Below the pieces are notes generated by a model. That model saw only the letters and a list, made by a program, of their open reading frames with translations. It made no database searches and was not told the origin of the DNA. The translations under genes were made by a program, and so were the position numbers. DNA of 64,000 nt from an uncultured bacterium (GTDB lineage Bacteria > Fidelibacterota > UBA2242): contig CAZNUN010000004.1 in the NCBI GenBank assembly GCA_964576275.1, positions 121,779-185,778 on the forward strand. The letters run 5' to 3'. This document shows, piece by piece, positions 1-10,399 of the stretch. Positions within the stretch are counted from its first letter, which is position 1. Every line of letters begins with the position of its first letter.

Positions 1-612
1 ATCATTGGTCATCTCAACGAAAAAGTCGAACTTCCCGATCCGGCGACGCTCGAGATAATTGAGCGCTGGTGTCCGACCATGCCGCCGGCCGAATACAAAC
101 CCTATCAGATGACCGATTCAGATATCCCGCCGATGGCGAATTTCGGCGCCGGCTACCGTTACCATGTCACCGGCCTGGCGCACGACGAAACCGGTTTTCC
201 GACCAACGATCCCGTCAAGATCGAACAGCAGCTGTTGCGGATCAACCGTAAGATTGAACGTTACCGTGACCTGATCGTCGAAACGGAAGAATATGAGACT
301 GCGGACATGGATATTCTGGTGATCGCTTACGGCGCGACCGCGCGCTCGGCCCGGAAAGCCGTCAGTCTGGCGCGCGAATCCGGAATAAAAGCCGGTCTGC
401 TGAAACTAAAAACACTTTGGCCGTTTCCCGATAAAGAAATAGAGGCGTTGTATCCGCTGGTGCGAAAAATTATCGTACCGGAGCTCAATCTGGGTCAGAT
501 CGCTCATGAGGTCGAATGGGCCGTGCGACGCGAGAAGCCGGTGGTGCGGGTCAATCGCATTAACGGCGAACCGATTACACCGACCGAAATTCTGACGGCC
601 ATTGCCGAATAG
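1..612 (+). CDS. korA: 2-oxoacid:ferredoxin oxidoreductase, alpha subunit (3' fragment; gene starts upstream of the window)
   Basis: Frame 1 is open from nt 1 (IIGHLNEKVELPDP... precedes the first Met at 79). HVTGLAHDETGFPTNDP, DILVIAYGATARSARKAV and LKLKTLWPFP are typical of OFOR alpha subunits. Beta and gamma subunit genes follow directly. Confidence 0.8.
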   Translation: MIGHLNEKVELPDPATLEIIERWCPTMPPAEYKPYQMTDSDIPPMANFGAGYRYHVTGLAHDETGFPTNDPVKIEQQLLRINRKIERYRDLIVETEEYETADMDILVIAYGATARSARKAVSLARESGIKAGLLKLKTLWPFPDKEIEALYPLVRKIIVPELNLGQIAHEVEWAVRREKPVVRVNRINGEPITPTEILTAIAE

Positions 613-623
613 AGGAAAAACCT

Positions 624-1439
624 ATGAACTATTTACAGTATTTACGCCGGGATAAAATGCCGCACATCTGGTGTGACGGTTGCGGCCATGGCATCGTGCT
701 GAAATCGATCCTGCGCGTCATCGATAAAATCGGTTGGGATAAGAACGATATCGCCCTGGTATCGGGGATTGGTTGTTCGAGTCGCACACCCGGCTACGTT
801 GATTTCAATACGCTGCACACCACTCACGGCCGGGCGCTGGCTTTCGCTACGGGTCTGAAAATCGCTAATCCCAAACTGCATGTGATCGTCGTTTCCGGCG
901 ATGGTGACGCCACCGCGATCGGAGGCAACCATTTTATCCATTCCGCCCGGCGCAATCTCGACATCACGATGATCATTTTCAATAATAACATTTATGGAAT
1001 GACCGGCGGACAGGTTTCGCCGACCACTCCGACCGGCAAACGGGCTTCGACGGCCCCGTATGGCAATCCAGATGCGCCTTTCGATATCAGTCGCTTGGCC
1101 GCGGCGGCCGGCGCAACTTATGTTGCCCGCACAACGGTATTTCATTTTGCCCGCATGGATAAATATATCGAGCAGGCGCTGACCCGCAAGGGTTTTACGG
1201 TCGTGGAAGCGCTCTCGCCCTGTCCAACCTCTTACGGCCGAATGAACAAGGAAGGCGCCGGCGTCGATATGTTGCTATATCAGAAAGACAATACGGTGAC
1301 TCTGGAGAAAGCCGCGAATATGCCGGCAGAGGAACTGCAGGGCAAATTGATCGTCGGCGTTTTCGTTGACCGGGAACAAGCCGACTATCAGGAGCATTAT
1401 CAGGAAGTCGTCAGGAAAGCCTGTGCGGCGGCTAAATAA
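624..1439 (+). CDS. korB: 2-oxoacid:ferredoxin oxidoreductase, beta (thiamine-diphosphate binding) subunit
   Basis: N-terminal WCDGCGHG motif. ThDP/Mg motif GDGDATAIGGNHFIHSARRNLDITMIIFNNNIYGMTGGQ. GAGGA RBS just upstream of the ATG. Confidence 0.9.
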   Translation: MNYLQYLRRDKMPHIWCDGCGHGIVLKSILRVIDKIGWDKNDIALVSGIGCSSRTPGYVDFNTLHTTHGRALAFATGLKIANPKLHVIVVSGDGDATAIGGNHFIHSARRNLDITMIIFNNNIYGMTGGQVSPTTPTGKRASTAPYGNPDAPFDISRLAAAAGATYVARTTVFHFARMDKYIEQALTRKGFTVVEALSPCPTSYGRMNKEGAGVDMLLYQKDNTVTLEKAANMPAEELQGKLIVGVFVDREQADYQEHYQEVVRKACAAAK

Positions 1440-1451
1440 AGGAGAATTAGA

Positions 1452-2012
1452 ATGGCATTTCGATATGAAATCAGATTGAGCGGCGCTGGCGGACAAGGCT
1501 TGATCCTGGTGGGTAAAGTTCTGGCCGAAGCCGCCGCAATATATGACGGGCTTAACGCTACTCAAAGTCAATCCTACGGGCCGGAAGCCCGGGGCGGCGC
1601 CAGCCGCAGCGAAGTCATTATCGCCGACGGGGACATTGATTATCCCAAAGCCGAGAACATCGATCTGATGCTCGCACTTACCCAGGAAGCCTGCGATAAA
1701 TATATTGCCGACCTGAAGCCGAATGGCATTTTACTGGTGGACTCTCAGATGGTCACGAGACTTCCGGCGGGCAAATTCAAAATCGTTTCTCTGCCGATCA
1801 TCCAATCAGCCGTCGAGCGGCTGGGCAAATTTCTCGTATCGAACATCATTGCTCTCGGTGTGCTGTACAAATTGTCGGGCGTAGTCTCCGAAGACGCCGT
1901 CAAGCATGCCATTCGGGCGCGTGTGCCCAAAGGCACCGAAGAGCTGAATCTGAAAGCCTTCCAAACCGGCATTGACCTGGCAGAGGAGTGGCTGAAGGAA
2001 CATGCCAAATAG
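1452..2012 (+). CDS. korC: 2-oxoacid:ferredoxin oxidoreductase, gamma subunit
   Basis: IRLSGAGGQGLILVGKVLAEAA... and SYGPEARGGASRSEVIIADGDIDYP are the hallmark of the OFOR gamma domain. AAGGAG RBS. 12-nt gap to korB. Confidence 0.85.
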   Translation: MAFRYEIRLSGAGGQGLILVGKVLAEAAAIYDGLNATQSQSYGPEARGGASRSEVIIADGDIDYPKAENIDLMLALTQEACDKYIADLKPNGILLVDSQMVTRLPAGKFKIVSLPIIQSAVERLGKFLVSNIIALGVLYKLSGVVSEDAVKHAIRARVPKGTEELNLKAFQTGIDLAEEWLKEHAK

Positions 2013-2033
2013 GCTCCTTAAAAGGATGGGCGG

Positions 2034-5024
2034 ATGAAATCGGCGATTCATTATTCTCTGACCGATCTGCTCAACCGCGCCGGAGAACTCGGCAACCATC
2101 ACCAGAAGTATATCCGGAATATCGAGAAAAATTTCGACAGTCTGTTTGCACTGATTGACGCCAAACACCTGACCGATCAGTTTCATTTATTGCGCTTTTC
2201 ACCTCATCCCGGCCACGAGATGAGGCTGATCGCCGAATCGCTCGCCGACCGCGAAACCCTGCTGGAAATGCTGGGCTGTTACTATTCGATGCAATTCTTG
2301 CTGCTGAACTTCAAGGCGCTGGACGTTCTCCAGATGAAGCTTAGCACTTCCACCGATCGGCATGCCATTTTTCAGGCGTTTCTGCAGCGCACCGGGAATG
2401 ATTTCCGTCTGCTGACAGCCGCCTACATGACGACTCTGCTGGATCTGTTTCTGCCACGGAACAAGCGGCCGGATTTCGTGATCTGCGGAGTCGGTACACG
2501 CGTAGATCAGGATGACATTGATCTGGGAATCGTGGACACTGGTCCGCAGGACCGGACAGTTCTGACCAATGCTTTTGGCGCGATGAGTAACGAGATGCTC
2601 AAATATGCCTGCTCTTTACATTATCATCTTTCGGAGCATGTCGGGACTCAGGGTTATTCGGCCTCGATTGATGATTATCATTGTCTGCTGGATGAAAAAA
2701 TTCAGGATTTTGTGCTGATCAGCGAGATGGTCAATGCCGTCCCGATCCTCGGCCGGCGCGAGTTATACGATCAGTTCCGCAATGAAATTCTCGATCGCTA
2801 CTATTACTCTCCGGGACGCGATAACAAATATCATGAGGGTTTTCTGCGGGGACTGCTAGGCGAGATTCGTGATCTGATGTATAAGGAACCACCCGAAAAC
2901 CTGCTGAATCCCAAACGGGACGGTTTGCGGATGTTGAAAGCCCTGCTCTTTGCCCTGAAGACCTGGAAGCGCATTGACGCCAATACATCCCTGGAAGTAT
3001 TGGATATACTTTTGAAAAAAGAACCGGTCCAGCACGAGAGTTATTATCAGGTATTCCAGGCTCTGACCTTTCTGGAATCATTCCGTTTCCTGTATCAGAT
3101 TTTCATAGTGCAGGAAGAGGAAGTGCATCTCGACAACGAAGACGTTCGCCGGAATTTACAGCGCGTGGCCAATGCCATGGGCTATGAGGATAAAAGTCAG
3201 ACCCCGGCCACTACTCAGATGTTGACCCATTACTTCGATCATCACAAGTTAGCCCGTCGCGGAGCCGACCGCCTGCTGGACGGCGTCACCGAACATCTGC
3301 GGAAGAATACAATCTTCTATTCGATTACGCATGTCAGATCGCATCAATCCGGTCGTACATTGCTACCGGAAAACATTCCGGTCGATTTCATCCGTAAGTC
3401 GCGTTTTTTCCAGGGAGTGCGATTCTGGGACGATCTGCTGACCAGTCTCGATAATCCTAATCAGGTTCTGCTGAAACGTTTTCTGGCCGATTTTCAGAAA
3501 CTGCCCGCCGACCGCCGGGAAGCGCTTATGCGGACTTTCGTTAAATGGGGGGGGCAGTCACCATTTGCCCTGATCTCGCTGTTCAGTATTATTGCCAATC
3601 GTCAGCCGAAAGTCGTGGACACAAAATTTTTTCAGGAATTCGTACGGAACTTCATTGATAATCTTGAACCAACCCTGGAAAACATCAGCCGCCTCTGCCA
3701 GTCTTTGAATCTAGCGCCTCAGATGATGAACAATTTTCTGTCAATTCTGCCGACCGGATTGCTCCACCAGTTGATCGTTATGCTCGAGAAACCCTACTGG
3801 AAGCCGGAGATCGTCGCTCTGCGTAATACCCTGCTGATGTTATGCCGGATTTACTTTAACAACAGTTATTATTTCAAGCGTTTTGTCCAAAGGGTTTTCA
3901 ATACTTACGCCGAATACATCACTTCGCTTAATAACCAGCCTAAGCTGAATCAGCTGGCGGAAGGACTGTTCAGAAACATTGACAATTTCGATTCGCTCGA
4001 TGAAAAATTTGCGCGTTTGGGTGATTATTACGATTTTGAGTTTATGCGGGTTGGGATCAGTCTGATCGACGGTGCGCCATTCGAGAAAGTCAACCGCGAA
4101 TTCACGCATTTTTCTGATAACTATTTGCAAATGCTATTCGAACTCTGTCGCGAACAGGTGGCGTCGGCCGATCCGCAGCGCGAGCCGGAGATGCATGATC
4201 TGCTGGCGATTTTCACGGCCGGCGGTCATGCCCGCGGACAGGCTTTCGATGATGATTACGATCTGATCGTGCTGGTCAATTCGGAAGACCCGGAGATTTT
4301 GGATTTCTGCGATAAAGTCCTTCAGAAAATGAACAAACGCATTATCCGGCGTTCGATCATTCCGCAGTTTCGCTTCGCTGACCGCTTCCGGCACTTCGTC
4401 ACGACGTTCGACGATCTGCGCGGTTTGTTCGAAAAACCGGACGAAGACAGTTTTATAGACCAATCGCAACTCCTGGGCGCCCGAATGGTCGTCGGCAGCG
4501 CCCACTTCCTGGACGTTTTTCAGCAGGAGATCATCGCGCCTTACATTTTTCGTCGGAAATCTGAATTTATCTGCGCCATGCAGAATGAAATCCGCGCCCG
4601 TCACGAATATAGCGCCGCCGCCGAAGTGCCGGATATTAAAGAAGGACGGGGCGGACTGCGCGATTTCGAGAACTTCATTTTTATTCTCAAAGCCCAATTC
4701 GAGTGGCCGGAGCCTCTCAATATGACTCTTTATAACCGTATTGCGGAGACAATGGCGGAACCCACGCACCAGTTTGCTAAACTGGTCGATGATTATCATC
4801 TGCTGAAGCATATTCGCGATCTGTACCGCCTGATTGTCTCGCACGACGATCATTTACAGCCGGCTCAGATGGAAAACCTGATCAAGCCGCTAAGTCTGTC
4901 CCGTGGTCTGGATCTTCAGAATGGCAATGACCTGACTGAGTTAATCCGCTCCACCATGCACGCCAATGCCGAAAGAATCGATGCCCTCAGCGCTCTGGTA
5001 TCGCTGCCGGAACCGATCCGATAA
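2034..5024 (+). CDS. GlnE-like protein with two nucleotidyltransferase domains (putative adenylyl/uridylyl-transferase; target unknown)
   Basis: There are two pol-beta-type NTase motifs: ICGVGTRVDQDDIDLGIVD (N-terminal half) and FTAGGHARGQAFDDDYDLIVLV (C-terminal half). The second is followed by KEGRGGLRDFENFIFILKAQ, which resembles the K-x-G-x-GG-hRD-hE motif of GlnE/GlnD. The length (996 aa) is similar to GlnE. No HD or ACT domains were seen, which argues against GlnD. Confidence 0.55.
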   Translation: MKSAIHYSLTDLLNRAGELGNHHQKYIRNIEKNFDSLFALIDAKHLTDQFHLLRFSPHPGHEMRLIAESLADRETLLEMLGCYYSMQFLLLNFKALDVLQMKLSTSTDRHAIFQAFLQRTGNDFRLLTAAYMTTLLDLFLPRNKRPDFVICGVGTRVDQDDIDLGIVDTGPQDRTVLTNAFGAMSNEMLKYACSLHYHLSEHVGTQGYSASIDDYHCLLDEKIQDFVLISEMVNAVPILGRRELYDQFRNEILDRYYYSPGRDNKYHEGFLRGLLGEIRDLMYKEPPENLLNPKRDGLRMLKALLFALKTWKRIDANTSLEVLDILLKKEPVQHESYYQVFQALTFLESFRFLYQIFIVQEEEVHLDNEDVRRNLQRVANAMGYEDKSQTPATTQMLTHYFDHHKLARRGADRLLDGVTEHLRKNTIFYSITHVRSHQSGRTLLPENIPVDFIRKSRFFQGVRFWDDLLTSLDNPNQVLLKRFLADFQKLPADRREALMRTFVKWGGQSPFALISLFSIIANRQPKVVDTKFFQEFVRNFIDNLEPTLENISRLCQSLNLAPQMMNNFLSILPTGLLHQLIVMLEKPYWKPEIVALRNTLLMLCRIYFNNSYYFKRFVQRVFNTYAEYITSLNNQPKLNQLAEGLFRNIDNFDSLDEKFARLGDYYDFEFMRVGISLIDGAPFEKVNREFTHFSDNYLQMLFELCREQVASADPQREPEMHDLLAIFTAGGHARGQAFDDDYDLIVLVNSEDPEILDFCDKVLQKMNKRIIRRSIIPQFRFADRFRHFVTTFDDLRGLFEKPDEDSFIDQSQLLGARMVVGSAHFLDVFQQEIIAPYIFRRKSEFICAMQNEIRARHEYSAAAEVPDIKEGRGGLRDFENFIFILKAQFEWPEPLNMTLYNRIAETMAEPTHQFAKLVDDYHLLKHIRDLYRLIVSHDDHLQPAQMENLIKPLSLSRGLDLQNGNDLTELIRSTMHANAERIDALSALVSLPEPIR

Positions 5025-5187
5025 TTAAAACCAAAAACTCACTATTACAGCCGCGATATTTTCTCCTTCATAAAAAACCGCCGGGTTAGTATATTCAAAA
5101 CCGTGAGGTAACGGACGCAACATTCTATTATTCTGTGGTTCGCGATCCAGTCTGATACGGTTTTTTCTATTCAATTAAAGGCTTTAT

Positions 5188-6177
5188 ATGTTCAGAACTA
5201 ATTTGATGAAAATTTGTGTTGGGCTAGCTCTAGCCGCTGTTGTGGGTTTAGCACAGAGCAATCTGAAAAAGGCCACTTTTATTCCGCACTGGTCACCGCA
5301 AGCCCAGTTTGCCGGTTACTATTATGCCTATGAAAATGGAATTTATCGAAAGCACGGCATCGATTTGGAAATCCTGACCGGCGGTCCGAATAACCCGGCT
5401 TCGGCTTTATTGGAAAGCGGGGAAGTCGATTTCGCTTCGCTCTGGCTGACTAACGCGATCCAGATGCGGGCGGGCGGGACTCCGGTTCTGCACCTGGGCC
5501 AGGTTGTCAATCGCTCCGCCCTGATGCTGGTTGCCAAGAAAACCAGCCGGATCGAAAAACCGGAAGATATGCAGGGACGCAAAGTCGGAATTTGGGGCGG
5601 CGATTTTCAGATCCAGCCGATGGCCTTTTTCGAAAAATATGATCTGAAGGTGCGCGTCATCCCCCAGGGCGGTTCGATCAATCTATTTTTGACTGATGCC
5701 ATTGATGTGACTTCTGCCATGTGGTACAACGAGTACCACACGATTCTAAACTCCGGATTGAATCCCGAAGAGCTGACGACCTTTTTCTTTTCCGATTACG
5801 GCCTCAATTTTCCGGAAGAGGGGCTTTACTGTCTGGAAAAGACCTGGGCGCGCGATCCGGAACTTTGCCGGGATTTTATCAGGGCTTCCTATGAAGGCTG
5901 GATCGGAGCATTCGATCATCCGGACGAAGCTCTGGAAATTGTCCTGAAATATATGAAAGACGCCAAACTGGCCGCTAACCGGGCGCATCAACGCTGGATG
6001 CTAAATCGCATGAAAGACCTGGTTTTCCCCAAAGGTCGGACGCCTAATTTTCAGCCATTGACCGAAAGCGACTATCGTTTTGTAGCCCGGAAATTAGTCG
6101 AGAACGGTTCCATAAAAACCATTCCGGATTGTCACCAGTTCTGTCCGGCTGGACATCAGTTAAGCAGCGAAGAATAG
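5188..6177 (+). CDS. periplasmic substrate-binding protein, NMT1/THI5 (SsuA/TauA-like) family
   Basis: Signal peptide MKICVGLALAAVVGLAQS. ATFIPHWSPQAQFAGYYYAYENGIYRKHGIDLEILTGGP...SGEVDFASLW matches the NMT1-like type-2 binding-protein fold. Sits immediately upstream of a Cache kinase. Confidence 0.7.
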   Translation: MFRTNLMKICVGLALAAVVGLAQSNLKKATFIPHWSPQAQFAGYYYAYENGIYRKHGIDLEILTGGPNNPASALLESGEVDFASLWLTNAIQMRAGGTPVLHLGQVVNRSALMLVAKKTSRIEKPEDMQGRKVGIWGGDFQIQPMAFFEKYDLKVRVIPQGGSINLFLTDAIDVTSAMWYNEYHTILNSGLNPEELTTFFFSDYGLNFPEEGLYCLEKTWARDPELCRDFIRASYEGWIGAFDHPDEALEIVLKYMKDAKLAANRAHQRWMLNRMKDLVFPKGRTPNFQPLTESDYRFVARKLVENGSIKTIPDCHQFCPAGHQLSSEE

Positions 6178-6187
6178 GAGGTAATAG

Positions 6188-8806
6188 ATGTTAGAAAGAC
6201 TTCGCCAGCGCGGACTGACCTTCAAACTGATCGTTTATATTTTCAGCAGTATCGCCATCATTATGACCATCATCCTGGTAGTCAATTATAAATATTCCGA
6301 AAAGATGCTCCAAAAAAATATCGAGGAGAGCGCCCGCAACCTGAATCAAAGCATCGTCAACCGGGTGGAAATCATCTTAACCTCGGTGGAGAAATTGCCC
6401 CGCGCGGTGGCACATTTAGTCGAGCACGGCCAGTACACTCCGGAGCGCCTCATGAACGTCATTCGTTTACTGGTCGAAAATAATCCCGAAATCTACGGTA
6501 TGACGATCGCCTTTGAACCCTACGCTTTCGATAAATCACAAAAATTCTTTGCCCCCTATTACTATAAATCCGAAGGCCAGGTCAAATTCACCTGGCTGGG
6601 AAGCGAATCTTATGACTACATGTATCTGGACTGGTATCTGATTCCGAAGGAACTCGGACATGAACACTGGAGCGAACCCTATTACGACGAAGGCGGCGGC
6701 AACATCATCATGTCGACTTTTTCCGTGCCGATCTATAAAACCATTGACGGACGGCGCCGTTTCATCGGCATCATCACCGCCGACATGTCGCTGGAATGGC
6801 TGCAAACCATTGTCAATTCAATTAAAGTCCTGGAAACCGGTTATGGCTTTACGCTTACGACGACTGGACAGTTTATTACCCATCCGTTGCCGGAAGTGAT
6901 CATGAACGAGACCATCTTCAGCATCGCCGAAGAGCGCAATTATCCCTCCTTGCGCGAAATCGGCCGGCGAATGATCCGGGGCGAAAGCGGCTTTACCAAA
7001 CCGGACTATAAAAGTCTGAAAGGCGGCAAAGCCAGTTGGATTTCTTATGCTCCGATCCCTATGAACGGGTGGTCGGTCGGCATCGTCTATCCTCTCACCG
7101 AATTGCTCAGCGACGTACGGCGTCTGACCATCGCAATGTTGATCATCGGTCTGGGAGGCCTCTCGTTCATTGCTTTTATCATTACCCTGATATCCGACTC
7201 GATCACTAAACCTCTGCGCCGCTTAGCCGCCGCTTCCAATGAACTGGCGGCGGGCAATTTTGACGTCGAACTGCCGCATATCGAAAGCAAAGATGAAATC
7301 GGGAAGCTCAATCAGTCCTTCATCGCCATGCAGAGCGCTCTGCGTGAAACCATCGAAAAACTCAAGGACGCCAACGAATCCCTCGAGGACTACAGCCGCA
7401 CATTGGAGGAAAAAGTCGCCCAGCGCACTCACGAACTGAGCGAAAAAAATAAAGAATTGGACGCTTCCTTCCAGAACGTTAAAACCCTGAGCGACATCGG
7501 TCAAAAAATCACCTCCACTCTCAACATGGAGCTGATTTTCAATATGGTTTATGAAAATGTCAATCATCTGCTGGATGCCACTACTTTCCTGATCATGATT
7601 CACAATGAAAAAGGACAACAGCTCGAATGCCGTCTGGCTATAAAAAAAGGCGAACGTCTGCCGCTCTATATCCAGCCGCTAAACGATAAAAATAAACTGA
7701 GCGTCTGGTGCGCTGAACATCGCGAACCGATCTTTATGAACGATGTCGCCAGTGAGTCCACCAAATATGTGACCTTTGAGGAACGGGAGGCGGCGGCAGA
7801 AACTATCTCATCAATTATCTACCTCCCGCTGGTAGTCGAGCAACGTCTGCTCGGCGTGATCTCCGTCCAAAGTTACAAGAAAAATGCCTACACCCGCTAT
7901 CACTTCGACATCCTGCAGAACCTGGCAACTTATACCGCAATCGCTCTGGATAATGCCTTTGCCTATGAAGCCATTAACCGGGCTAATAAGGAACTGAAAG
8001 AGGCGCAGGCGCAATTGGTTCAATCCGAGAAGATGGCTTCGCTCGGTCAGCTGACCGCCGGTATCGCGCATGAGATCAAGAATCCGCTTAACTTCGTCAA
8101 TAATTTCTCGGAGCTGTCAGTTGATCTGACCAAGGAACTCACCGAGGAACTCGACCGCTTCCAGGATAAATTCGAACCCAAGACAATGGATTATTTCCAT
8201 GAAATACTCGGCGACCTGGAACATAACGTTCGTAAGATTAACGAACATGGCAAACGCGCCGACAGCATCGTGAAAGGCATGCTCCTGCATTCGCGCGGCA
8301 AGCCGGGTGAAATGCAGAAAACCGACCTCAACAACCTCGTTCAGGAATATTTGAACTTAGCCTATCACGGCTTCCGCGCGCAGGATTCAACCTTCAATGT
8401 CAAACTGGAAACGAACTATGACGCCGCCATCGCACCGATCAACATCGTGCCGCAGAATCTCAGCCGCGTTTTCCTGAACATTATCAACAACGCCTGCTAT
8501 TCCGTAAATGAGAAAAAGAAAGAACAGGGCGAGAAATTCGCCCCGGTCGTCTCCGTAGTCACCAAAAATCTCGGCGATAAAGTCGAAGTGACCATTCGCG
8601 ACAATGGCAAAGGCATTCCGCAGGATATCATCGACAAGATCTTCAACCCGTTCTTTACGACCAAACCGACCGGCAAAGGCACCGGACTGGGACTTTCGAT
8701 GAGTTACGATATCGTCGTACAGGAGCACAAAGGCGAACTAAAAGTCACCTCCGAAGTCGGTGAATGGGCAGAATTTCGTATCACGATTCCGAAAAACCTT
8801 GTTTAA
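6188..8806 (+). CDS. sensor histidine kinase (TM-Cache-TM-HAMP-coiled coil-GAF-HisKA-HATPase)
   Basis: Cache-like periplasmic region ([10 protein letters not shown]...[23 protein letters not shown]). HAMP ([26 protein letters not shown]...EIGKLNQSF). H-box [21 protein letters not shown]-boxes [35 protein letters not shown]. Confidence 0.9.
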   Translation: MLERLRQRGLTFKLIVYIFSSIAIIMTIILVVNYKYSEKMLQKNIEESARNLNQSIVNRVEIILTSVEKLPRAVAHLVEHGQYTPERLMNVIRLLVENNPEIYGMTIAFEPYAFDKSQKFFAPYYYKSEGQVKFTWLGSESYDYMYLDWYLIPKELGHEHWSEPYYDEGGGNIIMSTFSVPIYKTIDGRRRFIGIITADMSLEWLQTIVNSIKVLETGYGFTLTTTGQFITHPLPEVIMNETIFSIAEERNYPSLREIGRRMIRGESGFTKPDYKSLKGGKASWISYAPIPMNGWSVGIVYPLTELLSDVRRLTIAMLIIGLGGLSFIAFIITLISDSITKPLRRLAAASNELAAGNFDVELPHIESKDEIGKLNQSFIAMQSALRETIEKLKDANESLEDYSRTLEEKVAQRTHELSEKNKELDASFQNVKTLSDIGQKITSTLNMELIFNMVYENVNHLLDATTFLIMIHNEKGQQLECRLAIKKGERLPLYIQPLNDKNKLSVWCAEHREPIFMNDVASESTKYVTFEEREAAAETISSIIYLPLVVEQRLLGVISVQSYKKNAYTRYHFDILQNLATYTAIALDNAFAYEAINRANKELKEAQAQLVQSEKMASLGQLTAGIAHEIKNPLNFVNNFSELSVDLTKELTEELDRFQDKFEPKTMDYFHEILGDLEHNVRKINEHGKRADSIVKGMLLHSRGKPGEMQKTDLNNLVQEYLNLAYHGFRAQDSTFNVKLETNYDAAIAPINIVPQNLSRVFLNIINNACYSVNEKKKEQGEKFAPVVSVVTKNLGDKVEVTIRDNGKGIPQDIIDKIFNPFFTTKPTGKGTGLGLSMSYDIVVQEHKGELKVTSEVGEWAEFRITIPKNLV

Positions 8807-8818
8807 CTGAGGAGTATT

Positions 8819-9217
8819 ATGATGAAAATAATGATCGTGGACGACGAGACCGACATCGAGCCATTGTTCAAACAACGCTTCCGCCGCGAAATCCGTGACG
8901 GAATACTCGAATGCCATTTCTGCTTTTCGGCTGAATGTGCCCTCGAGTACCTGAATTCGGCCCGGGCGACTGACATCGTCCTGATCCTCTCCGACATCAA
9001 CATGCCCGGCATGAACGGTCTGGAACTCTTACGCATCCTGAAGGAGAAGTATTCGCATTTGACCGTTTTCATGGTCACAGCCTACGACGACGAAGAAAAA
9101 TATAAGAAAGCCCTCGAATATGGCGCCGACCGGTATCTGACCAAGCCGATCGATTTCGAAAAACTGAAAGCCGAAGTCTTGGATTTTTCTCAAAAGACAA
9201 GGAGTGACAATGCCTGA
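8819..9217 (+). CDS. single-domain response regulator (CheY-like receiver)
   Basis: IMIVDDETD acidic pocket, phospho-acceptor context LILSDINMPGMNGLELL and YLTKPIDFEKL. 132 aa with no output domain. Confidence 0.9.
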   Translation: MMKIMIVDDETDIEPLFKQRFRREIRDGILECHFCFSAECALEYLNSARATDIVLILSDINMPGMNGLELLRILKEKYSHLTVFMVTAYDDEEKYKKALEYGADRYLTKPIDFEKLKAEVLDFSQKTRSDNA

Positions 9218-10373
9218 AAAAATTATGGTAGTTGACGACGAGCCGGATCTCGAATCGCTTATTCGTCAGCGTTTCAGAAGACAAATCCGCGACGGCGAAT
9301 ATGATTTCGTTTTCGCTTATAATGGCCTGGAGGCTTTGTCGCGCCTACTGGAATTTCCCGATATTAATCTCATTCTTTCCGATATTAATATGCCGGAAAT
9401 GGACGGCCTGACCCTGCTTGCCAAAATCAATGAACTGAAGAATCCGGCTTTGAAAACCGTGATCGTCTCGGCATACGGCGATATGGACAATATCCGCACC
9501 GCCATGAACCGCGGCGCATTTGACTTTGTCACCAAACCGGTGGACTTTACCGACCTGGAAACCACGATCAATAAAACTATCCGCGAACTTAAAATCCTGC
9601 GCCAGGCGCAACAGGAACACGATCAGCTTATCGCTCTGCATCAGGATTTAATCGTTGCCCGTAATATTCAGCAGTCAATCCTGCCGAAAACCTTTCCGCC
9701 TTTTCCGGAACGCCACGACTTCGATATCTTCGCCGGGATGAATGCCGCTAAGGAAGTCGGCGGCGATTTCTACGACTTTTTTCTGATTGATAAAGACCGT
9801 CTCGGGCTGGTGATCGGCGACGTTTCCGGTAAAGGCGTCCCGGCGGCAATCTTCATGGCGGTCAGCCGCACGTTGCTCAAAGCCACCGCCCTGAAAGGAC
9901 TGCCGGCCGGTGAATGTCTGGCCAGCGTCAACAATCTGCTCTGCCTGGAAAGTACGGCTTCCATGTTCGTAACGATCTTCTATGGTATTTTCAACACCGC
10001 TACCGGCGAACTCGACTACGCCAACGGCGGCCATAATCCGCCCTATCTACTGAAAGCCGACGGCAGTGTTAAAATGCTGGATACCACCAACGGTATAGCG
10101 CTTGGCGTGATGGAAGAAATGGATTATAATGTCAAACACACCTTACTGCAACCGGGCGAAGGGCTGTTTCTGTACACCGATGGCGTCACGGAAGCGTTCA
10201 ATGCCGCCGGCGCAATGTATACCGACCAGCAACTGGCGCAGCTCCTGACCAATCTGAACACCGAACCGATTAAGGAGGTAGTGGAAAAAGTCTTTCAGAG
10301 CGTGAATGAATTTTCCACCGGCATTGATCAGTCGGATGACATCACGATTCTGGCCATGCGGCGCACGGCCTGA
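9210..10373 (+). CDS. response regulator with PP2C/SpoIIE-type Ser/Thr phosphatase output (RsbU-like)
   Basis: Receiver (IMVVDDEPD, LILSDINMPEMDGLTLL, FVTKPVDF) followed by SpoIIE-type motifs (GGDFYDFF, GDVSGKGVPAAIFMAVS, LYTDGVTEA, DDITILAM). The ATG at 9210 sits 5 nt after AAGGAG. The ORF track begins at the GTG at 9204. It overlaps the preceding gene by 8 nt. Confidence 0.9.
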   Translation: MPEKIMVVDDEPDLESLIRQRFRRQIRDGEYDFVFAYNGLEALSRLLEFPDINLILSDINMPEMDGLTLLAKINELKNPALKTVIVSAYGDMDNIRTAMNRGAFDFVTKPVDFTDLETTINKTIRELKILRQAQQEHDQLIALHQDLIVARNIQQSILPKTFPPFPERHDFDIFAGMNAAKEVGGDFYDFFLIDKDRLGLVIGDVSGKGVPAAIFMAVSRTLLKATALKGLPAGECLASVNNLLCLESTASMFVTIFYGIFNTATGELDYANGGHNPPYLLKADGSVKMLDTTNGIALGVMEEMDYNVKHTLLQPGEGLFLYTDGVTEAFNAAGAMYTDQQLAQLLTNLNTEPIKEVVEKVFQSVNEFSTGIDQSDDITILAMRRTA

Positions 10374-10399
10374 AAGGTGGTAACGGGTAAATTCGTCAG

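Noticed and set aside
4134-4853. 239-aa ORF on the minus strand inside the GlnE-like gene
   Set aside because: It is entirely antisense to a 996-aa ORF that carries recognisable NTase motifs. It has no RBS and a low-complexity, Arg/Phe/Ile-rich translation typical of antisense frames. The same reasoning applies to the minus-strand ORFs at 642-1145, 1806-2186 and 2731-3081.
5025-5187. Long-range pairing AAAACCGT (5097-5104) / ACGGTTTT (5156-5163) as a terminator or riboswitch upstream of the binding-protein gene
   Set aside because: The stem is 8 bp with a loop of about 50 nt and no supporting secondary structure or conserved motif. It cannot be distinguished from chance by eye.
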